Under the pieces are notes generated by a model that saw only the letters and a list, made by a program, of their open reading frames with translations, searched no databases and had not been told where the DNA came from. Made by a program: the position numbers and the translations under genes. Positions 9,057 to 15,662 of a stretch of DNA of 24,000 nucleotides are shown here, piece after piece (the stretch's first letter is position 1; the number at the start of each line of letters is the position of its first letter). Source of the stretch: Bacteroidales bacterium (GTDB taxonomy: Bacteria; Bacteroidota; Bacteroidia; Bacteroidales; JAFGXI01); NCBI GenBank assembly GCA_030627705.1, contig DAOVTE010000011.1, forward strand, positions 1-24,000, read 5' to 3'.

Positions 9057-9979
9057 TATAATCTTTTATTAATATTATACACTAATCCCACACTTAGAAG
9101 CTCTTTAAATTGAACTCTTTTGCTGTCTCTCACTTTTGTTTGTATTCCATTAATTTCTGAGTAAATAGGAACTTTTATATCGTCGTCGTATATTAAATGC
9201 ATATTTATTGTTGTGTTTAGATATTCGTTTATTTTGAGCGATAATGTTAATTCCCAGTTAATATCAATTCGCTCGGGATTATTAGAATAGTTGCTAAATA
9301 ACTCTAATTTATTTTCTAACACAACATTCTTAAGAATTTCGTGTTCGTGTTTTAAATTTATGTAAGCACCAATTTCTCTTTTTACGCTTTCATCTTTTAA
9401 TAAACCAAATTTTGTTTCATCTACTTTCGTATTTGTAACTATTGTAGTTTTAGAAGAAATAGGGGATATTAATATCGAGAACTTTTCGTTTGGTTTATAA
9501 TCAAATCCAAAGGATGTTAGCCAATATGCGGGGGATAAAAAGCTAGAAACAATAATTGAATCGTTAGGATAGGTATAACCATTAAATAACTGACTCTTGA
9601 AGCTTACGAATCCACTGTAGTTCCAATTACCATAAAGCTTTCTGCCGTATTTGCTGCTAAATTCTATTTTATCTTCATTTTTTCGCAAATTTGTATCATC
9701 GGCATTTAAGAAACCAAACTTAATATCTATGCTATTATCCCATTTAGAAATGCTATCAGAATAATTGGCTTTCATATTTAATACAGATAAAAAGCTAAAC
9801 GAGTTTACACTTCCTTCTACCCAGTTTATTGCTTTTCCTTGTGCAATATTTACTATTCCTCGTCCTTTAATATTCCACAAACTTAAGCTGTCGTTTATAG
9901 AATATGTAGTTATAGAAATAATTGTAAATAAAAATAATACTGTAAATTTCATAAATACTCTTTTTTTTACTGCCGACAA
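9056..9979 (-). CDS. DUF3078-like outer membrane beta-barrel protein
   Basis: The 307-aa ORF contains a signal peptide. The segment NIAQGKAINWVEGSVNSFSFLSVLNMKANY, together with an alternating beta-strand pattern to the C-terminus, matches my memory of the DUF3078 family. The true start may be Met10 (nt 9952, MKFTVLFLFTIISITTYS), which gives a more canonical signal peptide. Confidence 0.6.
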   Translation of the reverse strand: MSAVKKRVFMKFTVLFLFTIISITTYSINDSLSLWNIKGRGIVNIAQGKAINWVEGSVNSFSFLSVLNMKANYSDSISKWDNSIDIKFGFLNADDTNLRKNEDKIEFSSKYGRKLYGNWNYSGFVSFKSQLFNGYTYPNDSIIVSSFLSPAYWLTSFGFDYKPNEKFSILISPISSKTTIVTNTKVDETKFGLLKDESVKREIGAYINLKHEHEILKNVVLENKLELFSNYSNNPERIDINWELTLSLKINEYLNTTINMHLIYDDDIKVPIYSEINGIQTKVRDSKRVQFKELLSVGLVYNINKRL

Positions 9980-10234
9980 AGATATTCAATAGGAATTAAT
10001 TTCATTAATAAAATCTAATTTAAGATAATATATTTTAAAATTTGAAATATTTTTTATTACTTTGAATTACACAAATCAGTATTAATAAGATGTTTAAACA
10101 AACGATTTGCAATAACTACCTTAACATTAAACGTAGAGATAACTTCAATTATTCTATGTAACATTTTATACTCATTTATTTGAGTATTCGTAATCCTAAA
10201 TTAGTAATAAAAACATTTAAAAATATATATTAAA

Positions 10235-11611
10235 ATGGAAATTCCATTCGCAGAATCATACCGAATAAAAATGGTAACACCTATTAGAAGGAGTACCAAA
10301 GAAGAAAGACTACAATGGATTAAAGAAGCAAAATATAATTTGTTTAATCTTAAGTCTGAACAAGTATTTATAGATTTGTTAACAGACTCTGGTACTGGAG
10401 CAATGAGTGAGCAACAGTGGTCTGAAATGATGTTAGGCGACGAATCTTATGCAGGTGCATCATCATATTATAAACTTAAACATGCAATTAAAGATATTTT
10501 AGGTTTCGAACACTTTTTACCTACACATCAAGGGCGTGCAGCAGAAAATGTTTTGTTTTCTGTTTTAGTTAAAGAAGGAGATATTGTGCCGGGTAACTCA
10601 CATTTCGACACAACAAAAGGACATATAGAATTCAGAAAAGCAAAAGCAATAGACTGTACTATAGACGAGGCTTTCGATACAGAACTTGAATATCCTTTTA
10701 AAGGAAATATTGACATTAATAAGCTTTCACAAGTTTTTGAACAAAACGATAAAACTAAAATCAAATTTATTATTCTAACAATTACGAATAATACTTCTGG
10801 TGGTCAGCCAGTTTCTATGCAAAATATTAAAGAAGTAAGCGAATTTGCAAAAGCTAAAGGTGTTTCTTTAATTGTAGATTCTGCTAGATTTGCAGAAAAT
10901 GCATATTTCATTAAAATGAGAGAAAAAGGCTACGAAAATAAAACTATAAAAGAAATTGTTGCAGAAATGTATTCTTATGCAGATGCAATGACAATGAGTA
11001 GCAAAAAAGATGCAATTGTAAATATGGGTGGATTTATTGCTATGCGTAGTAAAAAATTATTCGATCAAGCTGCAGTTTTTAATATTATGTTCGAAGGATA
11101 TTTAACTTATGGCGGAATGTCTGGCAGAGATATGAATGCTCTTGCACAAGGTTTAGACGAGGGTACAGAATTCGAAACTCTAGAAACTAGAATTAAGCAA
11201 GTAGAATATCTTGGAAATAAATTAATTGAATATGGAATTCCTGTTCAACACCCAATTGGTGGACATGCAGTTTTTATTGATGCTAAAAAATTATTGCCTA
11301 ATATTCCTAAAGAAGAATTTCCTGCACAAACTTTAGCAATAGAACTTTATATTGAAGCCGGTATTCGTGGGGTAGAGATAGGTGCAATTTTAGCAGATAG
11401 AGACCCTGAAACTAGAAAAAATCGTTATCCAGAACTAGAATTAGTTAGGTTAGCAATTCCTAGAAGAACGTATACAAATAACCATATGGATGTTGTTGCT
11501 GCTGCAATAATAAATGTTTTCGATAGAAAAAATGAGATTAAAAACGGAGTTAGTATTATTAACGAAGCTCCTATTATGCGTCATTTTACTGTTGAACTTG
11601 AAAGGATTTAA
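10235..11611 (+). CDS. tnaA: Tryptophanase (PLP-dependent beta-eliminating lyase)
   Basis: The 458-aa ORF aligns by eye along its whole length with E. coli TnaA. Matching segments are IDLLTDSGTGAMS, PTHQGRAAE, HFDTTKGH (TnaA FFDTTQGH; tyrosine phenol-lyase has YFTTTRYH) and DSARFAENAYFIK (phenol-lyase has DATRCVENAYFIK). The PLP-lysine motif is MSSKKDAIVNMGG. FPAQTLAIELY is also shared. Confidence 0.85.
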   Translation: MEIPFAESYRIKMVTPIRRSTKEERLQWIKEAKYNLFNLKSEQVFIDLLTDSGTGAMSEQQWSEMMLGDESYAGASSYYKLKHAIKDILGFEHFLPTHQGRAAENVLFSVLVKEGDIVPGNSHFDTTKGHIEFRKAKAIDCTIDEAFDTELEYPFKGNIDINKLSQVFEQNDKTKIKFIILTITNNTSGGQPVSMQNIKEVSEFAKAKGVSLIVDSARFAENAYFIKMREKGYENKTIKEIVAEMYSYADAMTMSSKKDAIVNMGGFIAMRSKKLFDQAAVFNIMFEGYLTYGGMSGRDMNALAQGLDEGTEFETLETRIKQVEYLGNKLIEYGIPVQHPIGGHAVFIDAKKLLPNIPKEEFPAQTLAIELYIEAGIRGVEIGAILADRDPETRKNRYPELELVRLAIPRRTYTNNHMDVVAAAIINVFDRKNEIKNGVSIINEAPIMRHFTVELERI

Positions 11612-11689
11612 TAAATAATTGAACTTTTATATTTTTTCTAAGTACTAGAAGCATAAAAAGTTTAACAATTGATATTTCCAATATAATAA

Positions 11690-11716
11690 AAGAGGCTGCC
11701 TGTTTGGCAGCCTCTT
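11690..11716. terminator. Bidirectional terminator hairpin between convergent genes
   Basis: An 11-bp perfect stem joins AAGAGGCTGCC (11690-11700) to GGCAGCCTCTT (11706-11716) across the loop TGTTT. It is flanked by an A-run upstream and lies between the tnaA stop (11611) and the rhodanese gene stop (11751). Confidence 0.7.
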
Positions 11717-11750
11717 ACACATAATTGTTAAAACGAATATATATTATGCA

Positions 11751-12599
11751 CTACTTTGCTATTTTATTCGATCCCATTGATGTCCATTTATAAAATGCAC
11801 CATCATATACTTTAACTTTAGTATAACCTAAACCTTTAAGTGCTAAGAATAAAACTCCTGCTCTAACGCTAGTTTCGCAATAAAGAATAATTTCTTTGCT
11901 TTTTGTAATGCCCGCTTTTGTAAATAAAGCTTGTATTTCGGTATTAGATTTTAATTTGCCACCAACAAGAATTTTACTAAATTCAAAGTTTACTGCACCA
12001 GGTATATGACCAAGTTTAGAAGTTTTTCCTTTTAAACCATCAAATTCTTCTTTAGATCTTGCATCAACCAAAATTACATTTGGATTAGACGAAGCCATTT
12101 TCACATCTCTTGTTGACGCTAAGTAATTTGATTTTGCAGCAACTGTAAACGTTGTAGCTTTAACTTTAGTAGGTGTTTTAGTAACTGGCTTACGAGCAGC
12201 TTGCCAAGCTTTTAAATGTCCGTTAAGAATTTTAACATCTTTACATCCTAAATATTTTAGAACCCAATATAATCTACCAGAAGCTTTATAATTTCCTCTA
12301 TCGTAAATTACTATTTTGTTTGCGTTAGAAATTCCTTTTTTACCTAAAAGCACAGCTAATTCATCGTTAGATTTTAAAATTCCTTTTAAACTACCCGATT
12401 TGTAAAAAGTTTTTAAATCTATATGTACAGCACCTGTAATATGCATTTTAGCATAACTTTCGGCTTTGTTTACAGATATAACTTTTGTATTAGGAGTCTT
12501 AATGATTTTTGCAAGATCTTTGGCAGAAATAATATCCTGTGCTATTACACCTTGAAAAATTAAAAAGAACACTAATGATAATCCTATAATTTTTTTCAT
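11751..12599 (-). CDS. Exported tandem-rhodanese sulfurtransferase (thiosulfate/3-mercaptopyruvate sulfurtransferase-like)
   Basis: The 282-aa ORF has the signal peptide MKKIIGLSLVFFLIFQGVIAQ and two rhodanese domains. The N-domain carries Asp100 at the catalytic position (VIYDRGNYKASG), so it is inactive-type. The C-domain has Cys241 in the loop CETSVRA (C-X4-R, like RhdA CQTHHRS). HIPGA motifs are present. Confidence 0.85.
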   Translation of the reverse strand: MKKIIGLSLVFFLIFQGVIAQDIISAKDLAKIIKTPNTKVISVNKAESYAKMHITGAVHIDLKTFYKSGSLKGILKSNDELAVLLGKKGISNANKIVIYDRGNYKASGRLYWVLKYLGCKDVKILNGHLKAWQAARKPVTKTPTKVKATTFTVAAKSNYLASTRDVKMASSNPNVILVDARSKEEFDGLKGKTSKLGHIPGAVNFEFSKILVGGKLKSNTEIQALFTKAGITKSKEIILYCETSVRAGVLFLALKGLGYTKVKVYDGAFYKWTSMGSNKIAK

Positions 12600-12627
12600 A
12601 ATTCTATTTTTATTTTATTATAATTGA

Positions 12628-13725
12628 TTAAAACTTCACTTGTGTTTGAAACATAATCATATCATTATCAACAGGGGTTGGCTCTGTTGTTATTACATAA
12701 TTAATTTGTAATCTTGTCCAATCGTTAAAGAAATAATTTAATCCTATTGTAATGTTATTACTCCAATCACCGGCAATGTCCATATCAGGATCGTAATAAT
12801 CATATTTAACTACAGGCTCTAAATTCCATTGTGTTTTGTACGATGCCATAATCCAATGTCCGCTAGTAGTATATGTTCCTGCTTCTCTAGTTACAAAACC
12901 AACAATTCCACCACAACCACCATAAATAGGTGTTTTTGCAGAACTGTAAAGCTCATCTATACCGTGAATGTATTCTCCTTGTAAAACAAATCCTTTGTAT
13001 TCGAATCTTAATTCACCTGCAAATCTTTTAACGTCGTTATCTTCATTAGCTAAATCTGTAGGGATTCTTTTACCCGTTCTAAAGCTACCACCAACAGCAA
13101 GCATTTTTTCATCTAGTGGTTGAAAAACTAATCTACCTAATATATCTTTACCCATATTATCATCAACAATACCTTTTCCTGCACCATTCATATAAGCTAA
13201 AGCATATTTTACTAGAGTAGTATCGTTACCACCAGTTACCATAAGACCTAAATCTCTTTGTGGACCAGCTAACTGAGCAACAACTGTAGAGCGATTAACT
13301 GTATAAAGACCAGAGCAAGAAGTATTTTGCTCTAAACTTATAGGAGCTTTAAATTGTCCCATAGAAAGCTTCGCATACACGCCAAATCTGTCGTAAGTAA
13401 CAAAAGCATCAAGTATTTCTACTGCACCTGATGGTGATTTAAACGGGCTAATTTCTGTAAAGAAATAATATTTAATATCGTAAGGTATAGAACCTAAAAC
13501 TCCTAGTCTTGCTCTATTAAAAGTAAAGGTGCTTTCGTCTAAACTTTCTCCATTTGCATCAAGCCCGTTTAAGTTGTAATTAAACTGTGGCTGAATAAAA
13601 CCTTTTAATTTTACACCATCTTCGTCTCCACCACTATCTTCACAACCCTGAGAATACAGGGCTGTAGAGATAGATGTTAGAAACAAAATACTAATTAGTG
13701 TATATAGTATTTTTTTAGTTTCCAT
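12628..13725 (-). CDS. Outer membrane porin, phosphate-selective porin O/P-like
   Basis: The 365-aa ORF has a signal peptide and an alternating amphipathic beta-strand pattern throughout. It ends in TQVKF, a terminal aromatic residue typical of OM barrels. The N-terminal KLKGFIQPQFNY is similar to Porin_O_P family members as I remember them. The family assignment is unverified. Confidence 0.55.
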   Translation of the reverse strand: METKKILYTLISILFLTSISTALYSQGCEDSGGDEDGVKLKGFIQPQFNYNLNGLDANGESLDESTFTFNRARLGVLGSIPYDIKYYFFTEISPFKSPSGAVEILDAFVTYDRFGVYAKLSMGQFKAPISLEQNTSCSGLYTVNRSTVVAQLAGPQRDLGLMVTGGNDTTLVKYALAYMNGAGKGIVDDNMGKDILGRLVFQPLDEKMLAVGGSFRTGKRIPTDLANEDNDVKRFAGELRFEYKGFVLQGEYIHGIDELYSSAKTPIYGGCGGIVGFVTREAGTYTTSGHWIMASYKTQWNLEPVVKYDYYDPDMDIAGDWSNNITIGLNYFFNDWTRLQINYVITTEPTPVDNDMIMFQTQVKF

Positions 13726-13737
13726 AATTAGATTTTT

Positions 13738-14709
13738 TTATTCGTATGTATAATCACCTGAAGCAATCCATTTGTGAGATTGTAATGCTGTATGAATCAT
13801 TCCGTTAGCACCAAATTTTAAACTTTTAGCATCGTATCCTAAAATATTTAAATAAGCAGTAATTAACGATGATGTTTGACTTGTCCAGCAATAAGTAACA
13901 ATAGTTGCATCTTTATCTAAATTTTTAAACCCATCAGCAGCTAAACTTAAATCTTCTTGAATTCTATAAGCTGTTTTAATGTGTCCATAATGATCAACAT
14001 CGGTAGAAGCCCAGTAATTATTAATGAAATAATTTGTAGGAGTTGCTAAAACATCAGCATTAGTTACACCTTGTAAACCATTATCTAACATTTCTTGAAC
14101 TCTTTCTTCTAGTATCTCTTGTCCGGCAGTTTTAGAACTTGTAAATGTTGGTAAAGAATAAGCTACATTTGTAGCAATTGTATTAGTTGTAGACCAATTT
14201 GTATGACCAACAGCAACGTCTCCAATATTTGCACTCCAGCTATCGAAATCTACGTTCCAAGAACTCATGCCAAATAATAAAATTCTACTGTCTGTATACC
14301 CACTTAATCTAAGAGCAACGTGCCCATGAGAAGCAGTTTGTCCTGTATAACATACAACAACAATAGGTTTTCCATCTGAATTACCTGCTTCAGTTAAGAT
14401 ATTAGCTAGTGTTGTGTTTACAGATCCAGGGATATGACCTGTTGTGTAATCTGCAGACGCTCTTAAATCAATTACATAATAATCGTTTATTAAAGAATCT
14501 AAATCGTGAGCAGAAATAGTCCAAGAAGTGGCAACATCAGTTAAATCCATTGTGTTGGCTTTCAGGTAATCTGTCATTAATGCATAGTTGTCTACAACAA
14601 CTATAGGGTCATCAACTTCGTCGTCGTCTTTATCGCAAGATGTAGTTACAATTAATAATGCAGCAAAAGCAAGCATTGCGAATTTAAATAAATTTTTAGT
14701 AGTGTTCAT
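13738..14709 (-). CDS. Lipoprotein with two rhodanese-like domains
   Basis: The 323-aa ORF has a signal peptide ending in IVTTSC, with Cys25. The acidic run DKDDDEVDD follows. Domain 1 has HIPGSVN and the loop C120-YTGQTAS. Domain 2 has the loop C274-WTSQTSS. Both domains keep Cys at the catalytic position. Confidence 0.8.
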   Translation of the reverse strand: MNTTKNLFKFAMLAFAALLIVTTSCDKDDDEVDDPIVVVDNYALMTDYLKANTMDLTDVATSWTISAHDLDSLINDYYVIDLRASADYTTGHIPGSVNTTLANILTEAGNSDGKPIVVVCYTGQTASHGHVALRLSGYTDSRILLFGMSSWNVDFDSWSANIGDVAVGHTNWSTTNTIATNVAYSLPTFTSSKTAGQEILEERVQEMLDNGLQGVTNADVLATPTNYFINNYWASTDVDHYGHIKTAYRIQEDLSLAADGFKNLDKDATIVTYCWTSQTSSLITAYLNILGYDAKSLKFGANGMIHTALQSHKWIASGDYTYE

Positions 14710-14827
14710 AATCTTATTTGTTTTAGTTTATAATATATTAATATTTGTTTACTACAAATTTGAGAATCAATTGCGGAATAACAAAATGAATATACAAAGT
14801 GTACAACATATAAGAGTATACAAGGCA

Positions 14828-14867
14828 ATCATAATTATTTATGATTTGAATCATAAATAATTATGAT
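14828..14867. promoter_or_regulatory. 40-bp nested palindrome / candidate operator with an FNR-like core
   Basis: The sequence is ATCATAATTATTTATGAT-TTGA-ATCATAAATAATTATGAT. The 19-bp arms are perfect reverse complements around a 2-nt centre. It resolves into four 7-bp half-sites (ATCATAA / TTATGAT, alternating) spaced 11 bp apart. The central dyad ATGAT-TTGA-ATCAT resembles the FNR box TTGAT-N4-ATCAA. It lies in the divergent region between the operon start at 14709 and the Crp/Fnr gene start at 14911. Confidence 0.55.
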
Positions 14868-14910
14868 ATAGTTTTTTTTTGTATATTTACAATATTAATA
14901 TTATGTATAT

Positions 14911-15612
14911 ATGAACCTGAAACCGCCAACAATAACTAATAGTTGTACTGTAAATTATGACGAAGAATGTTGCTTCGAAGAGCTTACAGATGATGAGAAT
15001 AAACTTATTGAAGAAAATAGTGTTCTTGTAGAATATAAGAAAGGAGAAACTGTTTGTAAGCAGGGTACATATGCGTCGCACGTGATGCTTATTAAGAAAG
15101 GGTTAATAAAAATGTACATAGAAAGCAACAATAATTCACTTACACTTAGAATTCTTCCCAAAGGAAATATGATTGGATTAACTCCACTTTTTGAGGGAAA
15201 TAATGTTTTTCAATATTCTGCTGTAACATATCAAGCCTCAACTATTAGGTTAATTGATGTAAATATTTTTAAGCAAATTATTCAGCAAAATGCAAAGTTT
15301 TCTATTAAGATAATAAATATACTATGTGGTAATATTATTCAAACTAACGGAAGATTTTTTTCAATAACAAACAAACAATCATTTGGTAGGCTTGCTGATT
15401 TAATAATATGTTTGTCTTTAAGAATATATAAATCTGATACGTTTGAATTACTTTTATCTAGAAAAGAACTTGCTGAACTTTCTGGTTTATCTACAGAAAG
15501 TGTAATTAGGATTATTAAGAAGTTTAAAGATGATAAATTAATATCTGTTGAAGGGAAAAAAATTACTATAATTAATAAAGATAAACTGCAAGATATTAGC
15601 AATTACGGTTAA
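14911..15612 (+). CDS. Crp/Fnr-family transcriptional regulator
   Basis: The 233-aa ORF has a cNMP-binding-like beta-roll (YKKGETVCKQGTYASHVMLIKKGLIKMY) and a C-terminal HTH (SRKELAELSGLSTESVIRIIKKFKDDKLI). The N-terminal extension carries Cys12, Cys20 and Cys21. Confidence 0.85.
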   Translation: MNLKPPTITNSCTVNYDEECCFEELTDDENKLIEENSVLVEYKKGETVCKQGTYASHVMLIKKGLIKMYIESNNNSLTLRILPKGNMIGLTPLFEGNNVFQYSAVTYQASTIRLIDVNIFKQIIQQNAKFSIKIINILCGNIIQTNGRFFSITNKQSFGRLADLIICLSLRIYKSDTFELLLSRKELAELSGLSTESVIRIIKKFKDDKLISVEGKKITIINKDKLQDISNYG

Positions 15613-15662
15613 TAATAAAAAGAGATCTCTCCACATTAATAAATCATCTTTATTCGCCTAAA

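Noticed and set aside
10090-10187. A 23-codon upstream ORF (MFKQTICNNYLNIKRRDNFNYSM, 10090-10161) followed by a 7-bp-stem hairpin (10168-10187) ahead of tnaA, reminiscent of the 24-codon TnaC leader of E. coli
   Set aside because: It has no Trp codon and none of the conserved TnaC residues. Short ORFs and AT-rich hairpins are expected by chance in a 255-bp AT-rich spacer. The resemblance is limited to length and position.
9765-10764. ORFs 9765-9992(+) and 10528-10764(-)
   Set aside because: They are antisense to the DUF3078-like gene and to tnaA respectively, and both of those genes have strong protein-level support.
11751-14709. An impression that the rhodanese-porin operon is more GC-rich than its surroundings, which would suggest a horizontally acquired island
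   Set aside because: Spot counts of individual 60-nt lines ranged from 22% to 43% GC in both this operon and other genes. I cannot support a compositional shift without a proper sliding-window calculation.
14872-14880. Homopolymer tracts in promoter regions (T9 at 14872-14880; A9 at 18559-18567) as slipped-strand phase-variation switches
   Set aside because: Runs of 8-10 A/T are expected in DNA this AT-rich. There is no evidence of length polymorphism from a single sequence.
14588-15602. ORFs 14588-14860(+), 14887-15081(-), 14955-15161(-) and 15339-15602(-)
   Set aside because: They overlap the rhodanese lipoprotein gene start, the divergent promoter or the Crp/Fnr gene on the wrong strand. 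ORF 14588-14860 reads through the palindromic operator region and has no plausible protein features.
15621-15630. Perfect 10-bp palindrome AGAGATCTCT between the convergent Crp/Fnr and adhesin genes, sharing a GAGAT...ATCTC flavour with the 5581 and 5622 palindromes
   Set aside because: It is too short to be significant, cannot form a useful hairpin because there is no loop, and has no T-run. The similarity to the other palindromes is partial.
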